DNA of 64,000 nt from an uncultured bacterium (lineage in GTDB: Bacteria > Fidelibacterota > Marinisomatia > SCGC-AAA003-L08 > JACNLC01). Positions 9,627 to 19,776 of the stretch are shown one piece after another; the first letter of the stretch is position 1; every line of letters begins with the position of its first letter. Made by a program: the position numbers and the translations under genes. The notes below the pieces were generated by a model. It did not search any database. It had not been told where the DNA came from and saw nothing but the letters and a program-made list of their open reading frames with translations. The stretch is taken from NCBI GenBank assembly GCA_964409335.1, contig CAYPCW010000002.1, positions 26,637-90,636 of the forward strand. Direction: 5' to 3'.

Positions 9627-10376
9627 ATGAACAGAAAAACGTTTATCAAAGGCATCACGGGTGCCGGAATGCTGGCAGCCATACCTAAATTTGTTTGGGC
9701 ACAAACCCCTCAACCCGCCAGAAAATATTCCATCATGGAATTGGTGGGTAAAAGGAAACCGGAACTCTTTGGCACCGAGGTCAAACTTCGAAAGCGGTCG
9801 TTTGAAGCGTTTTCCGACCTTCAAAATGAGGCATTTAAAGTCGGGATCAATGTGTATTCCCAGTCCAGTTATCGGAGTTTTGATCACCAAAAACAAATAT
9901 GGAACCGGAAAGTGAAACAGTTTTTGCAAACCGGAATGACACCGGAACAGGCGATTAATGAACTGATAAAAAGTTCGACTATTCCCGGGACGTCCCGCCA
10001 TCACTGGGGAACTGAACTGGATTTTATCGATATGGCCGTCCAGCCACAACCTCTCGATCGCCTCGAAGTTAAAAATTATAAACCCGGGGGTGAATACGAG
10101 CATCTGCAGTACTGGCTGTTGGATAACGCTGAAAAATTCGGTTTCTTTCTCACCTATACGGACGACCCCAACCGCAAGGGCTTCCGATATGAACCCTGGC
10201 ATTACAGTTTCGCTGAAGAAGCGAATCCAATATTCAAGGAATTTATCAACATCAACTGGAAAGAACATGTAACCGATATTTCAATATCCGGTAGTCATCT
10301 GTTCACTCCGGAATTTCTGGACAAATACTACCGCGAGAACATATTGGGAATTCCTGCCGCCTTGTTGAAATTGTAA
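9627..10376 (+). CDS. M15B/VanY-type D-alanyl-D-alanine (LD/DD) carboxypeptidase family protein
   Basis: 249 aa with a signal peptide (GAGMLAAIPKFVWA) and the zinc and catalytic motifs SRHHWGTELD and EPWHYSF. Confidence 0.8.
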   Translation: MNRKTFIKGITGAGMLAAIPKFVWAQTPQPARKYSIMELVGKRKPELFGTEVKLRKRSFEAFSDLQNEAFKVGINVYSQSSYRSFDHQKQIWNRKVKQFLQTGMTPEQAINELIKSSTIPGTSRHHWGTELDFIDMAVQPQPLDRLEVKNYKPGGEYEHLQYWLLDNAEKFGFFLTYTDDPNRKGFRYEPWHYSFAEEANPIFKEFININWKEHVTDISISGSHLFTPEFLDKYYRENILGIPAALLKL

Positions 10377-10386
10377 GATTTATCTC

Positions 10387-11787
10387 ATGAAAAATAATTC
10401 TTCGCTCAGGATACAGTTTTTAGGCGGGGCAAGTACGGTCACGGGATCAAAAACATTAGTGGAGGTTGGCAACTGGCGCATCCTTATCGACTGCGGTTTA
10501 TTTCAGGGATTAAAACAATTGCGATTATTGAACCGTGAGCCGTTCCCGGTCAATCCAGCATCGGTTGACGCGATTATTCTGACCCACGCCCATCTTGATC
10601 ACTGCGGATACATTCCCCTCATTGTGAAGTCTGGGTTTACGGGAGCTATTCATTGTACAGCGCCAACGCTTGACCTGACGGGTATCATTTTGAAAGACAG
10701 TGGAAAAATTCAGGTGGAAGATGCACATCATGCGAATTTGAACCGGTACACCAAACATGATAAGGCAATACCTCTGTACACTCAGGAAGATGCTGAGATC
10801 GCCATGCAGCAATTTATTCCCCACAACACCAATGAATGGGTGGGCATTGATGACAATTTAAAATTTCGCTTTTTAAACAACGGTCATATACTCGGCTCTG
10901 CGTTCGTTGAATTACAGGCCGGTGAAAAACGTTTTCTATTTTCAGGCGATATGGGACGGACGGATCCGCTGTTAATGTATCCGCCTGTGAACGTCTTTAG
11001 CACTGACTATCTGATTCTTGAATCCACCTACGGGGATCGGCTACACCCGGAGGAAGACGCCAAAACTGTTCTGTTAGATATCATTAAAAGTACGTTCCGG
11101 AAAAATGGTATACTGATGATCCCCACATTTGCCGTGGAGCGTGCGCAGGAGATCATTTATCTTTTATACCGACTGAAAATAGAAAAAAAGCTACCAAATA
11201 TCCCGATCTACCTTGATTCCCCGATGGGGATAAACTCCTCGAATGTTTTTGAGGCGTACCCCATCTGGCAAATTATCCCAAATGACCAAATCAATTCGAT
11301 GTATGATATTGTCAAATTCATTATGAATTTTGAACATTCAAAGATGGTCGTGGCAGACAATAAGCCTAAAATTGTCCTTGCCGGGAGCGGCATGCTGGAG
11401 GGCGGACGCATCCTCCATTACCTGAATAACCATATCAATGATGAAAAAAATACATTGTTGTTTGTGGGATATCAGGCAGCTGGCACTCGTGGTCATTCAA
11501 TTCTTAATGGTGCAGGCGAGATTAAATATTATGGATCGTATCATAAAATTAAATGCCGGGTGAGGGTAATTTCTTCAATGTCCGCTCATGCGGATCAGCA
11601 GGAGATTATCACGTGGCTTCGTCATTTTAAGGAAGAACCGGAGCGCATATTTCTCAACCATGGTGATCCCCATGCCATTGATGCATTACGGGTCAAGATC
11701 AATAATGTGTTGGGGTGGGACTGCCAAATCCCCCGAATGCACTCTGTATATCATCTTGTCAAGGCTCCGGAGACGGCTGAGAATTAA
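10387..11787 (+). CDS. MBL-fold metallo-hydrolase, beta-CASP (RNA-metabolising) family
   Basis: 466 aa with the HAHLDHCG metallo-beta-lactamase motif. The downstream beta-CASP-type layout ends with SAHADQQEI and NHGDP. Confidence 0.8.
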   Translation: MKNNSSLRIQFLGGASTVTGSKTLVEVGNWRILIDCGLFQGLKQLRLLNREPFPVNPASVDAIILTHAHLDHCGYIPLIVKSGFTGAIHCTAPTLDLTGIILKDSGKIQVEDAHHANLNRYTKHDKAIPLYTQEDAEIAMQQFIPHNTNEWVGIDDNLKFRFLNNGHILGSAFVELQAGEKRFLFSGDMGRTDPLLMYPPVNVFSTDYLILESTYGDRLHPEEDAKTVLLDIIKSTFRKNGILMIPTFAVERAQEIIYLLYRLKIEKKLPNIPIYLDSPMGINSSNVFEAYPIWQIIPNDQINSMYDIVKFIMNFEHSKMVVADNKPKIVLAGSGMLEGGRILHYLNNHINDEKNTLLFVGYQAAGTRGHSILNGAGEIKYYGSYHKIKCRVRVISSMSAHADQQEIITWLRHFKEEPERIFLNHGDPHAIDALRVKINNVLGWDCQIPRMHSVYHLVKAPETAEN

Positions 11788-12037
11788 CCGGGATTTGATG
11801 ATATTGAGTATTTTAGTAAAAGACTATCCTTTTCAGGGATCTGGCTGTGATTCTATTTCCTACGGAGTCATATATTTTATGTAATCGAACGAATAAAAAA
11901 ACGAAAAAATGATATTGAAACAATTACAGATAGTATCCGGATTTTTTGATAAAAGGAAAAAAATGCCAGGATTGTTTCAAATATTCAGAGTCATTTCGTT
12001 TTTACTGTAAAAGACGAAAAGATATCGTCTTATGGAG

Positions 12038-12598
12038 TTACGCTCTGCCGGTCGGACCACCGAAATCCATGATATCGATACCAAAGTGGCTGGCAGCGTT
12101 TTTCCATTTCTTATTGTCTGGGGTATTGAATATGAACCCCGGAACAGCCGGCATCAACAGCCAGTCTCCGTTTTCAATTTCCCGTTCAAGCTGACCGGCG
12201 CCCCAGCCGGAATATCCCAGCGTAAACTGAAATTTTCTGGGTCCTTTGTCATAGAGGATATCATCAATGATCTCCGGATTTACCGTCAAGGAGATTTCAT
12301 CCGATATTGATAAGGTTCCATCAATGGAATAGCTGTGGTCATGGAGAAAAATCCCCTGTTCAATTCTGACGGGTCCTCCGAAATATACCATCGGATGGGG
12401 TTTTGCCTTATCCAATTGTGTCTGTCTGAGAATGTCTTCTACTTTGTTGGTTATCATCGGTTTGTTGATGATCAACCCCATGGCTCCCTTGTCATCGTGA
12501 TCACAAAGATATACTAATCCCTGACGGAAAATAACATCTATCATATGGGGCATAGCTATGAGAAAATGGTTGGAGTAATTATCCATATTTGTCCACAA
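12038..12598 (-). CDS. YqgE/AlgH family protein (UPF0301)
   Basis: 186 aa: NHFLIAMPHMIDVIFRQGLVYLCDHDDKGAMGLIINKP...GYSGWGAGQLE, which is characteristic of the family. Confidence 0.85.
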   Translation of the reverse strand: MWTNMDNYSNHFLIAMPHMIDVIFRQGLVYLCDHDDKGAMGLIINKPMITNKVEDILRQTQLDKAKPHPMVYFGGPVRIEQGIFLHDHSYSIDGTLSISDEISLTVNPEIIDDILYDKGPRKFQFTLGYSGWGAGQLEREIENGDWLLMPAVPGFIFNTPDNKKWKNAASHFGIDIMDFGGPTGRA

Positions 12599-12764
12599 TT
12601 TAAACAGAATTCAGTCGAATTAAGAAATAAATATCACCTAAAATATAGTTCGATTTTCAAACGCCATAACTGGATTAAAACCGGTAACGCTTTTTATTTC
12701 AAATATTTACACCTAATTTCCGATAATATTCAACTCGAATTCCCGGATCATAAAAAGGAACGCA

Positions 12765-13499
12765 ATGAACAAAATGACCATAATGCCCTTGCCCTGGAGG
12801 TTGATCCAGGCGACCTTTGTAAGCCGCCCCAACCGGTTTATCACCATTATTGAGTTGAATGGCATTGAATATGAAAGCCACCTGCCGGACCCGGGCCGAC
12901 TGAAGGAATTATTACAACCGGGTGTAAAACTCATGGTGAAAGCAGAACCGGGTGAACATCGAAAAACCAGGTTTTCTACCCAGGCTGTTTATCTTGGGAA
13001 TACGCTGATTTCCCTGAATTCCTGGCTGCCCAACCGGTTTGTGGATTTCCTCATCGCCGGCGGTCATCTCCCGTGGCTGCGGGGATGGTCTGTGTGCCAG
13101 CGTGAGTTTACAATCGGACACAGCCGCTTTGATTTTCTCCTCAAGAATGGAAAAGATACCCGGTTATTAGAAGTAAAATCCGTTACGCTGGTGGAAGGTA
13201 TGATAGCGAAATTTCCGGATGCCGTGACGGTTCGGGGCGCCAGACACCTGAATCATCTGGCGGAATTGAGTAAAAGCGGACGAAAATCAGGAGTGTTATT
13301 TGTGATCCAGCGGGAAGATGCCACGCTATTCCGGCCGCAGTGGGAACGAGATCCGAAACTGGCGTATGCCTTGGTAGCCGCCCATGAATCGGGTGTGGAT
13401 GTGCGCGTGATAAAAATGAAAATGACCCCAGAACTGTTAATCTACCTGGGCGAGATTCCATGGGATCTAAGGCGCACCGGGGATATTCCCAAAATCTGA
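12765..13499 (+). CDS. sfsA: sugar fermentation stimulation protein SfsA (nuclease-fold DNA-binding protein)
   Basis: 244 aa: FVSRPNRFI...LLEVKSVTL...FPDAVTVRGARHLNHL, the SfsA signature. Confidence 0.88.
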   Translation: MNKMTIMPLPWRLIQATFVSRPNRFITIIELNGIEYESHLPDPGRLKELLQPGVKLMVKAEPGEHRKTRFSTQAVYLGNTLISLNSWLPNRFVDFLIAGGHLPWLRGWSVCQREFTIGHSRFDFLLKNGKDTRLLEVKSVTLVEGMIAKFPDAVTVRGARHLNHLAELSKSGRKSGVLFVIQREDATLFRPQWERDPKLAYALVAAHESGVDVRVIKMKMTPELLIYLGEIPWDLRRTGDIPKI

Positions 13500-13563
13500 T
13501 ATTCTCCGCCAGCGTGTATCCGGTACGGTCACCCCGCTACGGGATTTAATGGTCTGATACCTG

Positions 13564-14796
13564 CTATCCAAATACGACATTAAAAATCCCAGTCGGGGGA
13601 AGGTTGGGGCAGTCGGAAAATATCATCCCGATCAGTTCATCAGGTCCGTCCAGTTTATCGGTAAGGCGTAGTCCCGATGCAGAAACGGCGCCCAGCCACA
13701 ACCGTGAAAAGGCACCGACCGTCGCTGTCAGAGTTGGCAGATCAGCATGAACACCGGGTTCAACGACAGACTCTTTTCCCAAAGTCAGGATATAATTTCC
13801 TGTTATCCCCCGCCATATTGCAGAATTATCCAGATATTTTTCAACAGGATCGTACAAATGCAGGTTGAAACTCAATGGATCGCCCGTAGCATGAACGGCG
13901 GAGATACATCGGGACAGATCACAAATTCTCACCTGCCAATAAGCGGTAGCATTATTCCGGTGTTCAAAGACGGATTTGTTGGTGATCCTACGATAGGAAA
14001 AGGGTTTGTCTAAAAAATCCTGGAACTGCATCCCCCGGGGTTCACGAACCGTTACGAGCCGTACCTGCTCTTCAAAAGATTTTACCACCCCCAACAATTC
14101 CAGGAACTGTTCATCGTTCTGGTAAGTCATCCATCCGATATTATAGGGTCCCGTTTCGTAATTTTCTGTCGAAAATCCCAAATGATGGGTCAATTCTCCG
14201 GTATCGTCATTGGTAAATCCCAGTCCGAAACTGTTTTCTGTAAACTGAAATTCCGCAGAGGTAATATTTTGTGAAAATAAATTACAGGAACCGTGTCCGC
14301 GCTTACGGTTCAACCGGGATTGATGCATCAGCATCGCATCGTCCTTGGTGAGACGGCGGGGAATTCGGGGTTTTTTCATGATCTTCAATTGGGCAGGATC
14401 AAATGCAGTGAAATGCTCATACCCCCCGGTACCAAATCCCAGCCGGTCATAAAATCCCTGTTCAAACATCCCCAATGTACAGGCTGCCGCGCCATTAAGC
14501 GCCGCTTCCACGATGGCCATGGCTGTCATATTACCGGCAATTCCCTGCTTTCTGGCTATGTGACTTGTGGTGACGCCGGTGATACATGACATTGGGAGCA
14601 ATTCATTCATGTATTGGATATCCCCATCTGCAGCAATGACCAGGCATTCTGCAGCCGAACGGATTTCTGTCACCCATGCATGTTGTCCTTTCAAAAACAG
14701 TTCCAGCAGACTGTCCTGATCCGGTTTGATCCAGCCGCATTCCATCCAAATCCGTTTGATCGCTTCAAAATCACGTTCCGGTTGATAATTTCTCAT
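13564..14796 (-). CDS. GNAT N-acetyltransferase, Eis-like (GNAT plus sterol-carrier-like C-terminal domain)
   Basis: 410 aa. The acetyl-CoA loop-like string ARKQGIAGNMTAMAI and the overall length and layout fit three-domain Eis-type enzymes. Confidence 0.6.
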   Translation of the reverse strand: MRNYQPERDFEAIKRIWMECGWIKPDQDSLLELFLKGQHAWVTEIRSAAECLVIAADGDIQYMNELLPMSCITGVTTSHIARKQGIAGNMTAMAIVEAALNGAAACTLGMFEQGFYDRLGFGTGGYEHFTAFDPAQLKIMKKPRIPRRLTKDDAMLMHQSRLNRKRGHGSCNLFSQNITSAEFQFTENSFGLGFTNDDTGELTHHLGFSTENYETGPYNIGWMTYQNDEQFLELLGVVKSFEEQVRLVTVREPRGMQFQDFLDKPFSYRRITNKSVFEHRNNATAYWQVRICDLSRCISAVHATGDPLSFNLHLYDPVEKYLDNSAIWRGITGNYILTLGKESVVEPGVHADLPTLTATVGAFSRLWLGAVSASGLRLTDKLDGPDELIGMIFSDCPNLPPTGIFNVVFG

Positions 14797-14885
14797 TCTG
14801 CCAACTCCTTTTCGGTTCTAAATTATCTGTTTATCCGACGTAAAAATAACATTAAATCCGAAGGAAAAATACAGGTTTCTTATCT

Positions 14886-16358
14886 ATGCTGACCATATTC
14901 GATTTGTCTGCGCGGCAGGCAACACTCACCTTTTTGCTCTCTGCCGCATTCAGGGAGGTAGTCCCGCATACCAAGCTGATCGTGGAACACTCATTCACGG
15001 ATGGCTATTTCTGCCACCTGGAGAACTGGGCGCCCATTACACCAGAAGATACCGTAAAAGCAGACTCGGTCATGCGCCAATGGTTGGCATCGGATATTCC
15101 CATTGAGTCTGTTTGTCTTTCAAAACCCATGGTGCGCCACCTGTTCAGCCAAAGCCATCTCATGAATAAGACAGCGATGGTTGATCTCTGGCCCAATAAG
15201 GATATCTCCGTCATCCGGTTGGGGGATATCGTAGATTATCAAATCGAACCTATGTGCCTGGATAAATCACAATTGTCTTTGTTTGAGCTGATGTCTTATG
15301 ATCATGGGATGCTCATCCGGTTTCCGTCAATCCTTGAACCGGCGCATGTTCAGCCTTTTCATGACTATCCCCAGTTGTTTGAATTTATCGAAGAATACGA
15401 ACAGTGGGGGTCCATCCTGCATATTGAATCTGTTGCCCAATTGAACGAACATATCAGAACCTGCGCCATCCGGGAACTGGTGTGGGTTGCCGAAGGTCTG
15501 CACGAAAAGAAAATCGCTAAAATTGCCGATGCCATTTGTGAAAACTTCCCTCATCGGCGGATTGTCTTTGTCGCAGGTCCGTCTGCGTCCGGGAAAACCA
15601 CCTTTGCCAAACGCCTCAGCATTCAGCTTCGGGTGAATGGATTCACAACCCGGCACATTTCTATGGATGACTATTTTATCAATCGGGAAAATATCCCAGC
15701 CGATGAACACGGACATCAGGACTTTGAATCCTTTGAAGTGTTGAACACTGACCTGTTGACCCGGCGGTTGGATTATCTCTTACGAGGGTACAACATTCCG
15801 GTTCGACGGTTCAATTTTTCATCCGGCATAGGCCAGGATACAGACCAAAGGATTCAGTTGTCAGAGAAGGACATCGTCATTGTTGAGGGGATCCACGGTT
15901 TGAACCCTCAGTTGACTCGTGAACTGTCCGGAGATGACGTATGTAAAATTTATGTCAGCGCCATGACCCAGTTGAACATAGACGGCAATCATCGGTTTTC
16001 TACGTCCGATAACCGTCTGCTGCGCAGAATCGTTCGAGATTATAAATTCCGCAACTACACGCCTGAAGATACATTTTCCCGGTGGGATTCCATTCGCCGG
16101 GGCGAGGTCACCCATATTTTCCCCTATCAGGAAGGGGCAGATCACTTTTTCAATTCGGCGCTCATCTATGAATTACCCATCCTCGCAAAAAATGTCCTGC
16201 CATTGCTGGAATGTATAAATCCGGATTATTTCCTGATCACTCAGGTGAACCGGCTGAAGTTACTGCTCTCCCTCTTTATCCCGCTGAATGAAAGTATCGT
16301 TCCGGGGATATCCCTATTGCGGGAATTTATCGGAAAAAGCGAGTTTGACTACTCCTGA
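14886..16358 (+). CDS. uridine/nucleoside kinase family protein with N-terminal extra domain
   Basis: 490 aa with P-loop GPSASGKTTFAKRL and uridine-kinase-like downstream motifs (IVEGIHGLNP, DNRLLRRIVRD). An extra N-terminal domain of about 200 aa is present. Confidence 0.7.
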   Translation: MLTIFDLSARQATLTFLLSAAFREVVPHTKLIVEHSFTDGYFCHLENWAPITPEDTVKADSVMRQWLASDIPIESVCLSKPMVRHLFSQSHLMNKTAMVDLWPNKDISVIRLGDIVDYQIEPMCLDKSQLSLFELMSYDHGMLIRFPSILEPAHVQPFHDYPQLFEFIEEYEQWGSILHIESVAQLNEHIRTCAIRELVWVAEGLHEKKIAKIADAICENFPHRRIVFVAGPSASGKTTFAKRLSIQLRVNGFTTRHISMDDYFINRENIPADEHGHQDFESFEVLNTDLLTRRLDYLLRGYNIPVRRFNFSSGIGQDTDQRIQLSEKDIVIVEGIHGLNPQLTRELSGDDVCKIYVSAMTQLNIDGNHRFSTSDNRLLRRIVRDYKFRNYTPEDTFSRWDSIRRGEVTHIFPYQEGADHFFNSALIYELPILAKNVLPLLECINPDYFLITQVNRLKLLLSLFIPLNESIVPGISLLREFIGKSEFDYS

Positions 16359-16374
16359 GAAAATCCGGTTACCG

Positions 16375-16992
16375 TCAAAATTTTTTGCTTTTGATAAACG
16401 GAACGAACCGCACAAATATATCATTCTGTTGAGTGAGATTTCCGCCCTCATCCCTGGTGATGATTGTCAACCGCTGCGCCTGATTCTGACTTCCCACCGG
16501 GATGATCAGGCGGCCGCCGGTCTTCAGTTGTTCTGTAAGGGCATCGGGGACCGATGGTGATGCCGCCGTCACTATGATCCCATCAAATGGGGCATATAGA
16601 GGATAACCGGAATGCCCATCGCCTAAAAACACGGACACATTATGATATCCCAGATCTGCCAGCCGTTTTTTGGATTGCTCATATAACGAAGGGATTACTT
16701 CAATGGTGGTGACCTGCCGGGCGATTTTTGCCAGGATCGCCGCCTGAAACCCGGATCCGGTTCCGATCTCCAATATGTGATGGTAAGGCAGGATGTGCAG
16801 CAACTGGGTCATATGCGCCACGAGGCTGGGCTGGCTGATCGTTTGTCCCTCACCGATGGGCAGCGGATCGTCCAGCATTGCAAATTTACCAAGGGATGCA
16901 TCAATAAATAATACGCGGTCCACTTCCTGAAACGCAGTTAAGACAGCCGGGTCGGTGATCTCATGGCGCCGAAGATGGAAAGGATCATCCAT
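16375..16992 (-). CDS. pcm: protein-L-isoaspartate O-methyltransferase
   Basis: 205 aa: QTISQPSLVAHMTQLL, with SAM motif LEIGTGSGFQAAILA and C-terminal FVPF. Confidence 0.9.
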   Translation of the reverse strand: MDDPFHLRRHEITDPAVLTAFQEVDRVLFIDASLGKFAMLDDPLPIGEGQTISQPSLVAHMTQLLHILPYHHILEIGTGSGFQAAILAKIARQVTTIEVIPSLYEQSKKRLADLGYHNVSVFLGDGHSGYPLYAPFDGIIVTAASPSVPDALTEQLKTGGRLIIPVGSQNQAQRLTIITRDEGGNLTQQNDIFVRFVPFIKSKKF

Positions 16993-17551
16993 TTGAAGCC
17001 TTCAGCCGTTTTAACAACTCATACTCAAAAGGTGTATTGACGTTGATCAGTTCTGAGCGAAATTTCTCGACGTTGACGGTGACCGGGTGAAGTTTTTTCA
17101 CCACGGACAATAATTTGTAACTCTCCTGTTGCAAAGCCCTGTCAAACACATCGGCTGTACTCTGATGATACATGGCGCAGGTGGGATAGGACCTGCCATC
17201 TGCGACCGGGAATATCACACCCGAATTCTCCCCGGCAGCTGCCGGGTGAAGTAATTTTACCAGCGCACGGGACACCGCCGGCATATCCACGCTGATAAAA
17301 AAATTCCAGCCGCTGTCGGAATATTGAAGGCCTGTGAGAATCCCGTTGAGAACCGTCTGGGATGAAAACCGGTCTTTCAAAAAAGGAAGATGCGGATGAC
17401 GGTTTTCTTTTCCAACAATGGTCACGGTGTCAAAATCCGGTGTAAAAGCACGGACCAGAATATCTGCAAATGTGACACCGTTAAACGTCAAAAGGGATTT
17501 ATCCTTACCCATCCGCCGGCTGTCTCCGCCTGTGAGGATAAATGCATTCAT
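16985..17551 (-). CDS. MobA-like nucleotidyltransferase (molybdenum cofactor guanylyltransferase family)
   Basis: Start trimmed to MNAFILTGGDSRRMGKDKSLL, the GG-x-S-x-RMG-x-DK signature. It overlaps the pcm start by 8 nt. Confidence 0.7.
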   Translation of the reverse strand: MNAFILTGGDSRRMGKDKSLLTFNGVTFADILVRAFTPDFDTVTIVGKENRHPHLPFLKDRFSSQTVLNGILTGLQYSDSGWNFFISVDMPAVSRALVKLLHPAAAGENSGVIFPVADGRSYPTCAMYHQSTADVFDRALQQESYKLLSVVKKLHPVTVNVEKFRSELINVNTPFEYELLKRLKASNG

Positions 17552-17734
17552 TTTGCGGTGGCCGGATGGTAAGGCAGGTGGTGTGTGTTGATCATTATTT
17601 TGCTCCGTGATGATCGAAAATTTAACAGGCGGAACAGACTGTGAAAAAGCATAAACCAATCCATCATATCAGGGTAAAACATCTTGCAGGGTATGAAATA
17701 TCACAATTATTTTTCATCCTTTTGAGGATATAAA

Positions 17735-18442
17735 ATGGAACAAACATCCGATACTGCGGGACATTATTCACGCATGCGAAAAAAATTTTTAGACGGAGGT
17801 CTCGACGGATTTCTGGACTATGAAGTGGTGGAATTATTACTGAAACTGGCAGACAACCGCCGGGATCAGCGTCCCACTGCAAAACGATTAATCCGGGAGT
17901 TTAAATCTCTGAAAGGGGTTCTTGAATCCCAGCCGGATGACTTGAAGAAAGTCGAAGGCGTTGGTTCTGCCAATGTTTTCGGGATCAAGTTAATCCAGGC
18001 TGTTTCACGACGGTATCTTAAATCGCAGGTCATCAATGCCAATATTGTCAGATCATCGCAGGAGGTAATGGATTATCTACGTCACCTGTTGCGGGACAAA
18101 AGCCGGGAGTGCTTTGAAGTGATTATGCTGAACGGCAGAAACCGCATATTAGGGATTGAACAATTGTTCATTGGGTCCATCACAGCCAGCGCCGTATATC
18201 CCCGTGAAGTAATCAAACTGATATTGCAGAAGGATGCCGCCGCGGTGATCTTCGTCCATAATCATCCATCCGGGAATCCCATGCCCTCCAAAGAAGACCA
18301 TGCCATTACCCGCAAGCTGGTAGCGGCATGTTCCACGATTGACGTATCCGTCCTGGACCATCTCATTATCGCCGGTGATCTGATCACCAGTTTCGCCGAC
18401 AAAGGAATTCTGCCCACCGGGAAGAAAGACATGCGGGTTTGA
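17735..18442 (+). CDS. radC: RadC-family JAB/MPN domain protein
   Basis: 235 aa with an N-terminal helix-hairpin-helix region and the JAB motif FVHNHPSGNPMPSKED. Confidence 0.88.
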   Translation: MEQTSDTAGHYSRMRKKFLDGGLDGFLDYEVVELLLKLADNRRDQRPTAKRLIREFKSLKGVLESQPDDLKKVEGVGSANVFGIKLIQAVSRRYLKSQVINANIVRSSQEVMDYLRHLLRDKSRECFEVIMLNGRNRILGIEQLFIGSITASAVYPREVIKLILQKDAAAVIFVHNHPSGNPMPSKEDHAITRKLVAACSTIDVSVLDHLIIAGDLITSFADKGILPTGKKDMRV

Positions 18443-18558
18443 AATGCCCATTGCCCATCATTCAAGAGAGAGACGCAGTTGAGGAATCCTGACGCCGTGC
18501 ATTGTCTTTTGGACTTACTTCGGGAAAAAGAATTCTCTCATTGAATGGAAACGACTGT

Positions 18559-19776
18559 TTACAGCGATCCCACAGCCCGGCGAATATCCTCCAGCAGATC
18601 ATCTGTATCTTCGATACCCACAGATAACCGTACCAAACCGTCGGACAGTCCCAATCGGTGTCGTTTTTCAGCAGGTACAGACGCATGCGTCATGGTGGCG
18701 GGGTGACATACCAGGCTTTCCACACCTCCCAAACTCTCCGCCAGCGTGAAAAGTTCAAGATGCTTTACAAACCGGCGTGCAGAATCAATATCCCTTAGCT
18801 CGACGGAGATCATTCCTCCGTATCCCGGATTCCCCATGGGGTCCACCTGCTGAGTGGTGGCAAGGGTATGGTGAGGGTGAGACAGGAGACCAGGATAAAA
18901 TACCCTGTTGAATCGACGGGAATCCTCCAGTTCTTGTGCAATCGTCATCGCATTCCGGTTATGCGCCTGCATCCGGATGGCGAGGGTCTTCAGCGATCGA
19001 AGTGTAAGCCAGCAATCGAAGGGACCGGGGACAGCGCCCACGGTCATTTGGATGAAGCGCAGCTTTTCCAAAAGAGATTCATTATTACTGATGACCATTC
19101 CGCCAATAACATCGCTATGACCATTCAGATATTTTGTGGTGCTGTGAACCACAAGATCAGCGCCCTGGGTAAGGGGTCTCTGAAAGTATGGCGACATGAA
19201 AGTATTGTCCACAGCAAGCAGAATGCCCGATTCCTTTGCCAAGTGTGCCGTTCGGGAAATATCGGTTATTTGCATCATGGGATTGGTCGGAGTTTCGATG
19301 AAAATCAACCGGGTTCGGTTTGTGATGGCATCATGAATATGATCAATGGAAGACGTATTTACCCACGATGCACTCAGACCCAATCGGCTGAAAATTTTAT
19401 CCACAATCCGGAATGTCCCACCGTATACATTATCCGACAGAACAATATGATCTCCTGCCGAGAGCAACTGAAAAACCGATGATTCTGCCGCCATTCCTGA
19501 TCCGAATGCCACTGCCCCGGTGCCATTTTCGAGAGAAGCGATGCAGTGTTCGAGATTTTTTCGGGTGGGATTATCAGCCCGCGAATAATCGTATGTAAAT
19601 TCCGCAAAACCCTTTTGCTGATATGTGGAAGTCTGGAAAATAGGAGATACGACAGCGCCGGTAAGTGCTTCCGGTTCCTGTCCGATATGAATTGCCCGGG
19701 TTGCGAATCCGGGAACCGATTTTTTCAAATCAGGTAATCCTTCCGTGACATTTTTTATATTTTTTCCCACTGCCAC
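18559..19776 (-). CDS. Cys/Met-metabolism PLP enzyme (cystathionine gamma-synthase/beta-lyase family)
   Basis: 405 aa with the PLP-lysine motif HSTTKYLNGHSDVIGG. The listed GTG start overlaps the secA 3' end by 47 nt. An alternative TTG at 19728, preceded by GGAAGGA, lies just past the secA stop, so the 5' end is uncertain. Confidence 0.85.
   Translation of the reverse strand: MAVGKNIKNVTEGLPDLKKSVPGFATRAIHIGQEPEALTGAVVSPIFQTSTYQQKGFAEFTYDYSRADNPTRKNLEHCIASLENGTGAVAFGSGMAAESSVFQLLSAGDHIVLSDNVYGGTFRIVDKIFSRLGLSASWVNTSSIDHIHDAITNRTRLIFIETPTNPMMQITDISRTAHLAKESGILLAVDNTFMSPYFQRPLTQGADLVVHSTTKYLNGHSDVIGGMVISNNESLLEKLRFIQMTVGAVPGPFDCWLTLRSLKTLAIRMQAHNRNAMTIAQELEDSRRFNRVFYPGLLSHPHHTLATTQQVDPMGNPGYGGMISVELRDIDSARRFVKHLELFTLAESLGGVESLVCHPATMTHASVPAEKRHRLGLSDGLVRLSVGIEDTDDLLEDIRRAVGSL

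Noticed and set aside
9459-10268. 269-aa ORF on the minus strand
   Set aside because: It is fully antisense to the M15/VanY-type peptidase gene, whose + strand translation has the catalytic motifs (SRHHWGTELD, EPWHYSF). The minus-strand translation has no motif and shows shadow-ORF composition.
11788-12037. 250-nt intergenic region after the beta-CASP gene, including the hairpin AAGACGA-N7-TCGTCTT near 12009-12029
   Set aside because: The hairpin is short and only a weak T-run follows on the minus strand. It may be a weak terminator for the YqgE/AlgH gene, but the evidence is too thin to list as a feature.
19730-19776. 47-nt overlap between the secA 3' end and the PLP-enzyme GTG start, as a possible programmed overlap
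   Set aside because: It is more simply explained by an over-extended start call. A TTG at 19728 with an upstream GGAAGGA lies immediately after the secA stop and leaves a normal N-terminus before the conserved TRAIHIGQ region.
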